A stretch of 27,879 nucleotides of DNA. Origin: a virus. How positions within the stretch are numbered: position 1 is the first letter of the stretch; the number at the start of each line of letters is the position of its first letter. The notes beneath the pieces are model-generated. The model did not search any database, was not told the origin of the DNA, and worked only from the letters and a program-made list of their open reading frames with translations. Location of the stretch: the UHGV virus genome UHGV-2100961; one strand, written 5' to 3'. The position numbers were made by a program, and so were the translations under genes. This document shows positions 1 to 9,138 of this stretch, piece by piece.

Positions 1-50
1 GGAACCAGATAAACGCGTTACTGGATGAACGGGAAGGATTACAGAAATGA
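1..50 (+). CDS. 3' end of an upstream gene (partial; stop TGA 48-50 overlapping the next ATG as ATGA)
   Basis: Frame 3 is open from the window edge (..NQINALLDEREGLQK*); 4-nt overlap with the next gene suggests translational coupling. Too short to name. Confidence 0.3.
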   Translation, partial: NQINALLDEREGLQK

Positions 51-373
51 CACTGCAGGTTGAATTCTGGACGGTGGTGAGTTTTCTGCTCACCTTCATG
101 GGGTTTGTGGGAGGGCTCGCCAAATGGTTGTTCAGTAAAACAGAAGAACGCCAGGCGGCACGATTCGCCTCCCTTGAACAGGCCCTGCAACAATCCGCCT
201 CCAACTGGGGCGAGCTGGAAAAAGAATTTATGCGATTTAAAGCGGATTTACCGCTGAATTATGTCCGTCGAGAGGATTATATCCGTGGCCAGACAGTCAT
301 TGAGGCCAAACTGGACGCGCTTTATAACAAACTGGAAGTGGTACAGCAGTACCGCAATACCGGAGGTCAATAA
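47..373 (+). CDS. Small membrane protein, Mu gp25-like (N-terminal TM helix plus coiled coil; lysis-region accessory / releasin-like)
   Basis: 108-aa ORF with hydrophobic N-terminus (FWTVVSFLLTFMGFVGGLAKWLF) followed by a charged helical region; sits two genes upstream of the terminase as in Mu-like late operons. Confidence 0.6.
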   Translation: MTLQVEFWTVVSFLLTFMGFVGGLAKWLFSKTEERQAARFASLEQALQQSASNWGELEKEFMRFKADLPLNYVRREDYIRGQTVIEAKLDALYNKLEVVQQYRNTGGQ

Positions 374-684
374 TGGTCGATATTACCCGGGTACGCCGCG
401 AATCCCTGCGCTGGAGTCTGCTGGTTGCCCTGAACAAGACCCGCCCTTACACCGCCAGCGAGACGCTGCTGCTGGATGTGTCCCGTGCCATCTACCCGGA
501 CACCACACCGCTGGAACTGCGCCGCGAACTGGATTATCTGGCTGACCGTAAAATGGTTGATCTGGAGAAAAAACCTTCTGGCGACTGGTTTGCTGACCTG
601 ACCCGCCTCGGCGTAGACCTGGTGGAATACACCGTGGAATGTGGTCCGGGTATTGCCCGCCCGGAAAAGTACTGGAGTGAATAA
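373..684 (+). CDS. Hypothetical protein, Mu gp26-like
   Basis: 103-aa ORF, start overlaps previous stop (ATAATGG), same strand and spacing as the Mu late operon. Confidence 0.6.
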   Translation: MVDITRVRRESLRWSLLVALNKTRPYTASETLLLDVSRAIYPDTTPLELRRELDYLADRKMVDLEKKPSGDWFADLTRLGVDLVEYTVECGPGIARPEKYWSE

Positions 685-1229
685 TGGCCAGACGCAGCAC
701 AATAGAAAAGCTGCCGGAAGACGTGCGCCGCTGGCTTGAACGGGCGCTGACTGAATCCGGCTTCAGCGGGTATAACGAGCTGGAGTCCCTGCTGCGTGAG
801 CGGGGGTACGTCATCAGCAAATCCGCTATCCATCGCTATGGACAGAAGATTGAGCGCCGCTATGGTGCTATCCGTGCGGCAACAGAAGCGGCCCGCATGC
901 TGACCGAAGGCGCAGCAGACGATCAGGATGCGCGTTCGGAGGCTGTGATAGCCCTTATTCAGACCGAGCTGTTCGAGAGTATTGTCCAGTTGCAGGAGGC
1001 GGAAGAAGGCGAAGTCGATCCTAAAGAACGCGTGGCCCTGCTGTCGAAGGTGGCGAAGAATGTGGCTACGCTGTCCCGCGCGTCCGTCAACCTCAAAAAG
1101 TTCCAGTCTGAAGTACGGGCCAGAGCGCAGCAGGCAGCCAGCAACGCCGAGAAAATTGCCCGTAAGGGGGGACTGTCAAGCGACGCAGTACAGGCGCTTC
1201 GTCGCGAGATTCTGGGGATTGCCACATGA
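684..1229 (+). CDS. Mu gp27-like protein (candidate small terminase / DNA-binding subunit)
   Basis: 181-aa ORF immediately upstream of, and overlapping (ATGA), the large terminase; N-terminal region is HTH-like (RRSTIEKLPEDVRRWLERAL). Confidence 0.65.
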   Translation: MARRSTIEKLPEDVRRWLERALTESGFSGYNELESLLRERGYVISKSAIHRYGQKIERRYGAIRAATEAARMLTEGAADDQDARSEAVIALIQTELFESIVQLQEAEEGEVDPKERVALLSKVAKNVATLSRASVNLKKFQSEVRARAQQAASNAEKIARKGGLSSDAVQALRREILGIAT

Positions 1230-2821
1230 CAAAATCATCCGGAGTGATTTTAAACGCCGCTGGCGGCGGCCCCGAAGGGATGAGTCCCATGGACGGGAGG
1301 AATAACCTTGCTCCCGTTTTGCCTGATACCTCGGCGCTGGATGCCCCTCCCGTTCTGTTGCCTTACCAGCAGCGCTGGGTGGCAGACACCTCTCCGCTTA
1401 AGGTGATAGAAAAGAGCCGTCGTACCGGTATTACATGGGCTGAGGCATCCGATAACGTACTGACCGCCGCCTCTTCTGCGCCAGCAGGCGGGATGAATGT
1501 GTATTACATCGCTTATAACCAGGACATGACCGTCGAATACATTCAGGCGTGTGCGATGTGGGCACGGGCATTCAACTATGCGGCCAGTGAAATTGAAGAA
1601 GGATTCTGGGAAGAGGACGACGACGACAAACACATCAAGACTTACACCATCAAATTTCCTGACTCCGGCTTTCGTATTGTTGCGCTCTCCAGCCGCCCGT
1701 CTAACCTGCGTGGCCGTCAGGGTATTATTGTTATCGACGAAGCGGCGTTCCATGAGCAACTGGACGAACTGCTGAAAGCGGCGCTGGCGATGCTTATCTG
1801 GGGGGGAAAGGTACGCGTTATCTCCACCCATGACGGTGACGACAATCCGTTCAATACGCTTATCGGGGATATCCGTGCCGGACGTCAGGGAGGCAGCATA
1901 CATCGCATCACTTTCCGGGAAGCCGTATCTGAGGGGCTGTTCCGGCGCGTCTGTCTGCGCACCGGGAAGGAATGGTCGGAGGCATCCGAGCAGGCCTGGA
2001 TGGCATTGGTGTACAAATTCTACGGTGCCGGCGCATCCGAAGAGCTTGACTGTATTCCGGCCAACGGTGGCGGTGCCTGGCTGTCCCGTGCCCTGATAGA
2101 GTCCCGCATGTCCGCTGATACGCCGGTATTGCGTCTGACCTGCAAGGAAGGTTATGAACTGCTGTCTGATGAGGTTCGCTTCCGCGAGACGCAGGACTGG
2201 CTTGATGAGTATCTGAAACCCTTGCTGGAGGCACTCCCCACTGATGCCCGCTCTTTCCTGGGGCGCGACTTTGGCCGTAGCGGTGATTTGTCGGTGGACT
2301 ATCCCCTGCTGCAGGAGAAGAACCTGGTACGACGCGTGCCATTCGTACTGGAGCTGCGTAACGTGCCGTTCAGACAGCAGGAGCAAATCACCTGGTATCT
2401 GATGGATGGCCTGCCCGGTCTGCTGGGTGCAGCGTTTGATGCCCGTGGTAATGGTGCCTATCTGGCTGAATACGCCATGCAGCGCTACGGCTCCAGCCGG
2501 GTTCAGCAGGTGATGCCAACCGAAGGCTGGTACCGGGAGCATATGCCTCCGGTCAAAGCTGCACTGGAAGACGGTAACCTGGTGGACTTACCAAAGGATG
2601 AAGACACACTGGATGACCTGCGGGCCGTTCAGGTGGTGAACGATGTCCCCCGCGTACCGGAGCAACGCTCAAAAGCAAAGGCTGACGGTGGTAAACGCCA
2701 CGGGGATTCAGCCATCGCACTGGCGCTGGCGTATTTCGCCAGCCGTGAAATTAACAAAGGGCCGGTGAAGGCAAGCTCACGCCGTCGTCGTCAGGCGGCC
2801 CGTATGCTGGAGGGATTCTGA
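1226..2821 (+). CDS. Terminase large subunit (Mu gp28-like)
   Basis: 531-aa ORF with a Walker-B-like IIVIDEAAF motif; positioned directly before the portal gene; start overlaps the upstream stop. Confidence 0.85.
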   Translation: MTKSSGVILNAAGGGPEGMSPMDGRNNLAPVLPDTSALDAPPVLLPYQQRWVADTSPLKVIEKSRRTGITWAEASDNVLTAASSAPAGGMNVYYIAYNQDMTVEYIQACAMWARAFNYAASEIEEGFWEEDDDDKHIKTYTIKFPDSGFRIVALSSRPSNLRGRQGIIVIDEAAFHEQLDELLKAALAMLIWGGKVRVISTHDGDDNPFNTLIGDIRAGRQGGSIHRITFREAVSEGLFRRVCLRTGKEWSEASEQAWMALVYKFYGAGASEELDCIPANGGGAWLSRALIESRMSADTPVLRLTCKEGYELLSDEVRFRETQDWLDEYLKPLLEALPTDARSFLGRDFGRSGDLSVDYPLLQEKNLVRRVPFVLELRNVPFRQQEQITWYLMDGLPGLLGAAFDARGNGAYLAEYAMQRYGSSRVQQVMPTEGWYREHMPPVKAALEDGNLVDLPKDEDTLDDLRAVQVVNDVPRVPEQRSKAKADGGKRHGDSAIALALAYFASREINKGPVKASSRRRRQAARMLEGF

Positions 2822-4317
2822 TGGCGAGGGGTATCTGGGTTTCACCCGATGAATTTGTTGCTTTTTCTGAGCCTCAGAAATCACTGACCGCGCAGATTGC
2901 CTCCCGCAGCCGCGCGATCGACTTTTACGGACTGGGCATGTATCTGCCCAATCCTGATCCCATTCTCAAGGCTCAGGGACGGGATATCCGTATCTACCGC
3001 GAACTGCGCACCGACCCGCTGGTCGGGGGCTGTATCCGCAGACGTAAAGCAGCGCTCAAATCGCTGGAGCGTGGACTGGAGCGTGGTCACGCCTCTGCCC
3101 GGGTCTTCCGTTTCATCCGCGACATGCTCGACGATCTGGATCTGTCCCGCATCATCGGTGAAATGAGCGATGCCGTGCTCTACGGGTATCAGCCCTGTGA
3201 AATCATGTGGGGCCGTTCGGTCAGGTCGTGGGCGGTGACGGATATTGTCGGCAAACCGCCTGAGTGGTTTCAGTTTGATACGGACAACTGCCTGCGCTTC
3301 CGGGCGCGTGATGCGGGTGTGGAGGGTGAGCTGCTGTCACCGTCAAAATTCGTGGTGCCGGCACAGGATGCCTCGTATGACAATCCTTACGGTTTCCCGG
3401 ACCTGTCCATGTGCTTCTGGCCGGTCGCCTTCAAGAAAGGCGGGATGAAATTCTGGCTCCGCTTTGCCGAAAAGTTTGGCTCCCCGTGGGTGATCGGTAA
3501 GCACCCGAGGGGCGCAAATGATGCAGAGATTGAAAAACTGCTGGACTCCATGGAGCAGATGGTGGAGGACGCGGTGGCCGCCATCCCCGATGACAGCAGT
3601 ATTGAGCTCAGGGCAGCGGATGGCAAGGCAGACAGCAGCGAGGTATTTCGCGAGCTGATCACACTGTCACGCAGTGAGATCTCCATTGCATTACTCGGTC
3701 AGAATCAGACCACGGAAGCGAACAGTAACAAGGCCTCTGCACAGGCCGGGCTGGAGGTAACGGCTGATATCCGCGATGCGGATGCGGACATCATTCAGGC
3801 GGCAGTGAATCAGGTCATCAGAACGGTGGTCACCCTGAACTTCGGCGATGTGCCGTGTCCGGTCTGGGCCATGTGGGAACAGGAGGCCATTGATGACACC
3901 CGTGCCACCCGCGACGAAAAACTCACCCGGGCGGGTCTGCGTCTGACCCCGCAGTACTTCAAGCGTGAGTACCAACTGCAGGACGGCGATATTGACGAGA
4001 CACCACCGTCGGAACGCCAGAATAACATGCTGCCGCTGTCATTTGCCGAGGCGATTGATGCTGATATTCAGGCTCAGCAGCAGCTTGACGACGCGCTGGA
4101 CATTCTGATGAACGGAGGCGCGTTAAATGGCACGCTGGAACCCGTCCTGGCACCTCTGTTCAGGCGGGTCGAAAATGGGGTTAACCCGTCTGAGCTGCTG
4201 GGCGAACTGGCGGAGCTCTACCCTCAGATGAACACGGACGATCTGCAGGAGCGGCTGGCCCGCATTCTCTTTGTGACAAATATCTGGGGGCGTCTGCATG
4301 AGCGTGACAACGGCTGA
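2821..4317 (+). CDS. Portal protein (Mu gp29-like)
   Basis: 498-aa ORF following the terminase with TGATG overlap; acidic C-terminal region; size and position typical of Mu-like portal. Confidence 0.85.
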   Translation: MARGIWVSPDEFVAFSEPQKSLTAQIASRSRAIDFYGLGMYLPNPDPILKAQGRDIRIYRELRTDPLVGGCIRRRKAALKSLERGLERGHASARVFRFIRDMLDDLDLSRIIGEMSDAVLYGYQPCEIMWGRSVRSWAVTDIVGKPPEWFQFDTDNCLRFRARDAGVEGELLSPSKFVVPAQDASYDNPYGFPDLSMCFWPVAFKKGGMKFWLRFAEKFGSPWVIGKHPRGANDAEIEKLLDSMEQMVEDAVAAIPDDSSIELRAADGKADSSEVFRELITLSRSEISIALLGQNQTTEANSNKASAQAGLEVTADIRDADADIIQAAVNQVIRTVVTLNFGDVPCPVWAMWEQEAIDDTRATRDEKLTRAGLRLTPQYFKREYQLQDGDIDETPPSERQNNMLPLSFAEAIDADIQAQQQLDDALDILMNGGALNGTLEPVLAPLFRRVENGVNPSELLGELAELYPQMNTDDLQERLARILFVTNIWGRLHERDNG

Positions 4318-5119
4318 ACTGGCGTACTGCATGACGCTTCCCCCGAAGCGGGCAATCAACTACCTGAAGTCCAAAGGGTATCAGATTACCTGGGACTGGG
4401 AAGAAATGTGGCAGGAGGCCCATGCCCGCGCCTTTACCGTTGCTAAAGTGACCCGCCTGGATATCCTGGAAGATATTCGCGGGGCACTGCAGCAGGCTGT
4501 CGATGAAGGAAAAACCGATCGCTGGTTCCGGCAGGAGCTGGAGCCGGTGCTGAAGCGTAAGGGATGGTGGGGACCACGTGACACGACTGACCCGGTAACG
4601 GGTAAGCCGGTCACCATTCAGCAGGGCAGTCCGTGGCGGCTCGATACCATCTTTCGCACCAATATGTCCGTACTCTACAGCGCCGGTCGTTGGGCGGAAC
4701 AGATGGAAAACGTCGACGACAGGCCGTACTGGATGTATACCGGCATCAACGACAGCCATACCCGCAGGAGCCATCTGGCGCTGCATGGTCTGGTGCTGCG
4801 CTGGGATGACCCGTTCTGGCAGGCATTTTACCCGCCGAACGGCTGGCGCTGCCGCTGTAGTGTGATTGCCCTGAGTGCGGCGGATGTACGTGCCCGTGGC
4901 CTGAAGGTTATCAGCTCCGGCTCTGCCATGGGCCAGGAACTGAAACTGGTCTCAGAGAAAACCGGCGAAATGCGGAACGTGGCCACCTTTAATACCGGCA
5001 CCACGAAGGTGACCACCGACGTCGGCTGGTCTTATGCACCGGGGGCAGCATACCGTCCCGACCTGGCCCGCTATCAGGGTACGCTTCAGCCACTGGCACA
5101 ACAGGAACTGAGAGGATAA
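4298..5119 (+). CDS. Head morphogenesis protein, Mu F-like (gp30-like)
   Basis: 273-aa ORF overlapping the portal 3' end; contains the Cys-rich WRCRCSV segment; third gene of the terminase-portal-F block. Confidence 0.8.
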   Translation: MSVTTAELAYCMTLPPKRAINYLKSKGYQITWDWEEMWQEAHARAFTVAKVTRLDILEDIRGALQQAVDEGKTDRWFRQELEPVLKRKGWWGPRDTTDPVTGKPVTIQQGSPWRLDTIFRTNMSVLYSAGRWAEQMENVDDRPYWMYTGINDSHTRRSHLALHGLVLRWDDPFWQAFYPPNGWRCRCSVIALSAADVRARGLKVISSGSAMGQELKLVSEKTGEMRNVATFNTGTTKVTTDVGWSYAPGAAYRPDLARYQGTLQPLAQQELRG

Positions 5120-5121
5120 CA

Positions 5122-5580
5122 ATGGCTTCCGATAACCTGGTCAGTATCACCATTAACGATAAATCCCTGCGCCGGAGCCTCCGTGCGCTGGATCTTGCTG
5201 CCACAGACCTGGAGCCCGCGATGCGCAAAATCGCCGGAACCCTGCTGGCGGAAACACAGTTTAACTTTCTTGATGAGGGGCGTCCGGGGTGGATCCCCTC
5301 GCTGGCAGCGGAAGAACGTGACGGGCAGACACTGCAGGATACCGGGCGTCTGATGGGGTCAGTATCAACCGACCATGACGACCGGCAGGCTGTTGTGGGG
5401 ACCAACGTTGTTTACGGTGCCATTCACCAGTTCGGGGGTAAAACGGGGCGTAATGAGTCTGTTGAACTTCCGGCCCGCCCGTTCCTGCCGGTGACGGGGG
5501 ATGGAGAACTACAGCCTGAAGTGGTAATCCCCATCCTCGATACCATTGTCCGCCATCTTGAATCAGCGGCCCGTCGCTGA
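5122..5580 (+). CDS. Virion morphogenesis protein, Mu G-like
   Basis: 152-aa ORF 3 nt after the F-like stop; followed by a 214-bp intergenic gap, as at the end of the first Mu late transcript. Confidence 0.75.
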   Translation: MASDNLVSITINDKSLRRSLRALDLAATDLEPAMRKIAGTLLAETQFNFLDEGRPGWIPSLAAEERDGQTLQDTGRLMGSVSTDHDDRQAVVGTNVVYGAIHQFGGKTGRNESVELPARPFLPVTGDGELQPEVVIPILDTIVRHLESAARR

Positions 5581-5639
5581 GTTTTCTCTCTTCAGGCGGG
5601 TGATTTATCATTGCCAGCGAATGAGGGGCTGTATTACCT

Positions 5640-5670
5640 TTATAAAGGCTTTACAGCCTCTGTTTTATAA
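5640..5670 (+). terminator. Palindrome / weak intrinsic terminator after the G-like gene
   Basis: TTATAAA-AGGCT-TTAC-AGCCT-CTG-TTTATAA: inner 5-bp stem-loop followed by TTTT, nested in an outer 7-bp dyad. Confidence 0.35.
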
Positions 5671-5710
5671 CCGCCTCCGGTTCACCGCATTGCTTTCCCT
5701 GTCCTTCTCC

Positions 5711-5745
5711 CCTGATGTTTTCTAAAGCAGATTAAAATCGCCGGG
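5711..5745 (+). promoter_or_regulatory. Candidate activator-dependent late promoter for the I/T head operon
   Basis: Good -10 hexamer TAAAAT at 5733-5738 with no recognisable -35 (CCTGAT), about 55 nt upstream of the I start; a poor -35 is the pattern expected for C-activated Mu late promoters. Confidence 0.2.
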
Positions 5746-5794
5746 CCTGCATTTCTCACAAACTGTCTCCGACAACATAACGCGGGACAGCAAA

Positions 5795-6910
5795 ATGTCA
5801 GCCATTCACATTTTTAAAGCCGGTACTCATACCGATATGCACGGCAAAAAACTGCCGTTCACGCCAGACGATCTTGCCGCCTGCGTGAAAGCCTATGACC
5901 CGTCCGTCCATGAAGCACCACTCGTGATTGGTCATCCCAGAACGGAAGACCCGGCGTGGGGCTGGGTGAAAGCCCTGTCGCTCAGCGGCGTCGATCTGAT
6001 GGCAGAGCCTGCCCAGCTGGACCCGCAGTTTGCTGAGATGGTCACCGACGGACGATTCAAAAAAGTGTCCGCCTCTTTCTACCTCCCGGATTCACCGTCC
6101 AATCCGAAGCCCGGCGTGCTCTACCTTCGCCATGTGGGCTTTCTCGGGGCACAGCCACCTTCCGTCAAGGGGCTGAAACAGGTGTCCTTCAGTGAGCAGG
6201 AAGAAGGTGTGGTGGAGTTCGCCGACTGGCAGGCCATCACGAATGCCTCCCTGTGGGGAAAGCTGCGCGATTTTCTGATCGCCCGCTTCAGTCTGGACGA
6301 GGCAGAAAAAGTCCTGCCGGAATGGCAGCTCAACAGTCTGCGCGAAGAGGCGTACCGCGACACACTGTCGCAGGATGCAGCAGGTGCACAATTCAGTGAG
6401 ACAGGCCCGGGGCCGTCTTCCGCAAGTAACGAGGAATCATCGATGACAAAAGAAGAGATTGAAGCCCTTCAGGAGGAGAACCGCCGCCTGAAGCAGCAGG
6501 CTGCTGATCGCGATGCGCGTGATGCACAGGTCAGACAGGAGCAACTGCATAAGGACAATGTGGCCTTTGCAGAAAAACTGGTCGCAGAGGGCCGTCTGGC
6601 TCCCCGCGCCTCCTCCGTGGTGGTTGCCCTGCTGGATGCCGTCGCCGGTGGCGACAAGCCGGTGGAGTTTGCTGAGGGGGAAAGCCGCACACCGCTGGCC
6701 ACCGCCTTTCGTTCATTGCTCTCCGACGGGGAGCCGGTGATGAATTTCGCCGAACAGGCCACAAAAGAGCGTGTCGGCGACACGGTGAAGGTGGATGTGG
6801 CAGAGTTTGCGGAAGCCGATCCTGAGCGTCTGGCCCTGCATCAGAAAGCAGTGGCCCTGTCCAAAAAAGAAGGCATCAGCTATGAGGCTGCTGTCGCACG
6901 CTGCCTGTAA
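5795..6910 (+). CDS. Head maturation protease / scaffold, Mu I-like
   Basis: 371-aa ORF; C-terminal third is a charged coiled coil (EEIEALQEENRRLKQQAADRDARDAQVRQEQL); lies immediately upstream of the major head gene. Confidence 0.8.
   Translation: MSAIHIFKAGTHTDMHGKKLPFTPDDLAACVKAYDPSVHEAPLVIGHPRTEDPAWGWVKALSLSGVDLMAEPAQLDPQFAEMVTDGRFKKVSASFYLPDSPSNPKPGVLYLRHVGFLGAQPPSVKGLKQVSFSEQEEGVVEFADWQAITNASLWGKLRDFLIARFSLDEAEKVLPEWQLNSLREEAYRDTLSQDAAGAQFSETGPGPSSASNEESSMTKEEIEALQEENRRLKQQAADRDARDAQVRQEQLHKDNVAFAEKLVAEGRLAPRASSVVVALLDAVAGGDKPVEFAEGESRTPLATAFRSLLSDGEPVMNFAEQATKERVGDTVKVDVAEFAEADPERLALHQKAVALSKKEGISYEAAVARCL
6443..6910 (+). CDS. Nested in-frame scaffold ORF (Mu Z-like) from an internal start within the I gene
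   Basis: In-frame ATG at 6443 preceded by GAGGAA (6431-6436) at 6-nt spacing; the product would be the coiled-coil C-terminal 155 aa. Confidence 0.4.
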   Translation: MTKEEIEALQEENRRLKQQAADRDARDAQVRQEQLHKDNVAFAEKLVAEGRLAPRASSVVVALLDAVAGGDKPVEFAEGESRTPLATAFRSLLSDGEPVMNFAEQATKERVGDTVKVDVAEFAEADPERLALHQKAVALSKKEGISYEAAVARCL

Positions 6911-6924
6911 TTTAAGGAGAGAGC

Positions 6925-7878
6925 ATGTCTGATTACTTAAAAGGTAAACGTGTCGTTGATCCGGTACTGACCAGTATCGCCCGTGGCTATAAAAATGCCG
7001 CATTCATCGGCGAACGTATTTTCCCCGTCGTGCTGACGGACAAGGAAGGCGTGCGTGTACCGACCTTCGGGAAAACCGCCTTTGTGGAATATGACACCGA
7101 GCGTGCCGTCGGGGCGGACAGCAATGTTCTGGTCCGTGAAAAAACAGGCACGCTGGACCTGGTGCTGGGTGAACACGATCTGGCTGCGCCGGTGGACTAT
7201 CGCGAGCAGGCGGAGTCCATGTTTAACGAAGAGAGCAAGGCCATCCGTCGCGCCACGAATGGCGTGAACCTGCGCCGTGAACTTATCGCTGCCCGTCTGG
7301 CTCAGGATGAAAAGGTCTACCGTACCGGGCACGTCAAAAAACTGACAGCCAGTGATCGCTGGGCCGGTGGTAAGGGGGACCCCATCGGGGTGATTGAAGC
7401 CGGTATGGAAGCGGTCCGTACGGCCACGGGGCTGCGTCCTAACCTGATGACCATGGGGGCCGGCGTGATGGCGCTGCTGAAGTTCCACCCGGCGATTCAG
7501 GCCGCCATCGGAGCCAACGAACGCAAGCGCATCACCACAGAAATCCTGCAGGACCTCTTTCAGATCGAAGAGATCGTCATCGGTGCCCCAGTCTCCCTGC
7601 CGTCCATGAAAGCGGCAATGGATAAGAACAGCGTGCCGGCGGATATCTGGGGAGACAATCTGATGCTGCACTATGTCGGCAAACCGCAGCCGGGGGCGGA
7701 CAGCGCGGACGAGAACGAGCCGTCCTTCGGCTACACCCTGCGTCGTAAGGGGATGCCTGTTGCCGACAAATACGACGGAGCCGGTGGCAAGGTGAAGTAC
7801 TGCCGTTATACCGATATCTACAAAGTCGCCGTGGTTGGTGGCGATGCCGGGTATCTCATTACCGGTATCAGTAAATAA
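6925..7878 (+). CDS. Major head subunit (Mu T-like)
   Basis: 317-aa ORF with a strong RBS (TAAGGAGAGAG) 14 nt after the I stop; size and position of the Mu-like major capsid gene. Confidence 0.85.
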   Translation: MSDYLKGKRVVDPVLTSIARGYKNAAFIGERIFPVVLTDKEGVRVPTFGKTAFVEYDTERAVGADSNVLVREKTGTLDLVLGEHDLAAPVDYREQAESMFNEESKAIRRATNGVNLRRELIAARLAQDEKVYRTGHVKKLTASDRWAGGKGDPIGVIEAGMEAVRTATGLRPNLMTMGAGVMALLKFHPAIQAAIGANERKRITTEILQDLFQIEEIVIGAPVSLPSMKAAMDKNSVPADIWGDNLMLHYVGKPQPGADSADENEPSFGYTLRRKGMPVADKYDGAGGKVKYCRYTDIYKVAVVGGDAGYLITGISK

Positions 7879-7887
7879 GGAGGCGTT

Positions 7888-8226
7888 ATGGGAACCACTC
7901 AGCAGGTCATTCTGATCACAACCGTAACGGCAGGGGCAGCACTGGCACAGCAGCGTTTTGTCGGGGCAGATAATACCCCCTGTAAAGCCGGTGCCGCAGC
8001 GCTCGGGGTTGCCGAAGTGGATGCTGTTACCGGCGACAGCACGCCGGTGAGCGTTCTGGGCATTATTGCTGTCGAGGCCGGGGCCGCTGTCAGCCGTGGT
8101 GTGGCTGTTCAGTCAGATGCTCAGGCCAGAGCCGTGCCGCAGTCCGGCGACGGTAAATCCTGTGGTATTGCACTTGATGAAGCCGGGGGTGAAGGCGACG
8201 TCATTCGTATCCTGCGCGGGGTGTGA
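7888..8226 (+). CDS. Small Gly/Ala/Val-rich protein (Mu gp35 position; possible head accessory/decoration protein)
   Basis: 112-aa ORF with a strong RBS (AAGGAGG) directly after the capsid gene; low-complexity Ala/Gly/Val-rich composition. Confidence 0.6.
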   Translation: MGTTQQVILITTVTAGAALAQQRFVGADNTPCKAGAAALGVAEVDAVTGDSTPVSVLGIIAVEAGAAVSRGVAVQSDAQARAVPQSGDGKSCGIALDEAGGEGDVIRILRGV

Positions 8227-8227
8227 C

Positions 8228-8674
8228 ATGTACTGCACCCTGGAGGATTTGCTTGCGCAGGTGCCGGAGCGGACGCTTATCGAACTCACCAGTGAAGAGA
8301 TGGACTTCGACTCGCCTGCAACAGTGAATACCCGTGTGGTGGACAGCTGTATCCGCTATGCCGACGAGCTGATTGATGCCCATCTGCGCGGACGCTATAT
8401 CCTGCCACTGGCAGAGATACCGACTGTTCTGCGGGATATTGCCATCACGCTGGTCCGTTACCGGCTCTACGCCCGCCGCCCGGAAGGTGACCTCCCGGAT
8501 ACGGTGAAGGATGACCACAAAGAAGCGCTGCGGCAACTCAGGGAGTTACGTGATAACAGGCTCACGCTGGGGCTGCCGTCCACTCAGAAAGATGTGCCTG
8601 AGCCTGGCGAGTTTCGTGTACGCAGTCGCCCGGCCACTTTCGGCGGTCGTGACGGTTTACTGGAGAAATACTGA
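8228..8674 (+). CDS. Head-tail connector/completion protein, Mu gp36-like
   Basis: ATG at 8228 overlaps the upstream stop (TGACATG); the ORF-track start at 8066 is an upstream in-frame extension that overlaps the previous gene and is rejected. Confidence 0.7.
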   Translation: MYCTLEDLLAQVPERTLIELTSEEMDFDSPATVNTRVVDSCIRYADELIDAHLRGRYILPLAEIPTVLRDIAITLVRYRLYARRPEGDLPDTVKDDHKEALRQLRELRDNRLTLGLPSTQKDVPEPGEFRVRSRPATFGGRDGLLEKY

Positions 8675-9138
8675 TGAACGTTCTGCCCGTCCTTGATGCG
8701 GTGCTGGCCCGGTTACGCGAGAAGCTGCCGCAACTGCAGGTGGAGTACTTCCCGGAGAAACCGGCTGAATATCGCCTGAACCATCCGGTTGGCGCGTTGC
8801 TGCTGAGCTATGCCGGTTCGCGCTTTGACAGGCCGGATGATACCGGTGCGGTGATCCAGTCTCAGACTATCCAGCTCTGCGTCACGGTGGTCTTCCGCCA
8901 GCTCAACGGTAAAAAAGGGGCGATTAATGTCCTGGATGCTGTCCGCCGCATTCTCGGTGGCCACACCCCGCCCGGGTGCCGCCGCCGTATCTGGCTGACC
9001 CGCGAGGTGTTTATCGGTGAAGTCAGGGGGCTGTGGCAATACGCCCTCGACTTCGCGACTGAAAGCATCTTTATCGAAGACAGCGATTTACCGTCCGGCC
9101 CGCTGTTAACCGAAGTGAACTATGAGGAAAGCGAGTGA
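8674..9138 (+). CDS. Mu gp37-like protein (head-tail joining)
   Basis: 154-aa ORF, start overlaps previous stop (CTGATG); conserved position. Confidence 0.7.
   Translation: MNVLPVLDAVLARLREKLPQLQVEYFPEKPAEYRLNHPVGALLLSYAGSRFDRPDDTGAVIQSQTIQLCVTVVFRQLNGKKGAINVLDAVRRILGGHTPPGCRRRIWLTREVFIGEVRGLWQYALDFATESIFIEDSDLPSGPLLTEVNYEESE

Noticed and set aside
1250-2542. 430-aa ORF on the minus strand, antisense to the terminase gene
   Set aside because: It overlaps the well-supported terminase entirely, has no RBS or recognisable domain, and is the kind of long shadow ORF expected opposite a GC-rich coding strand; the same applies to minus-strand ORFs at 4181..4786, 6937..7671 and 9310..10182.
8066-8674. 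ORF-track start at 8066 for the gp36-like gene
   Set aside because: That start would overlap the preceding gene by 160 nt in another frame; ATG 8228, directly after the upstream stop, is the credible start.
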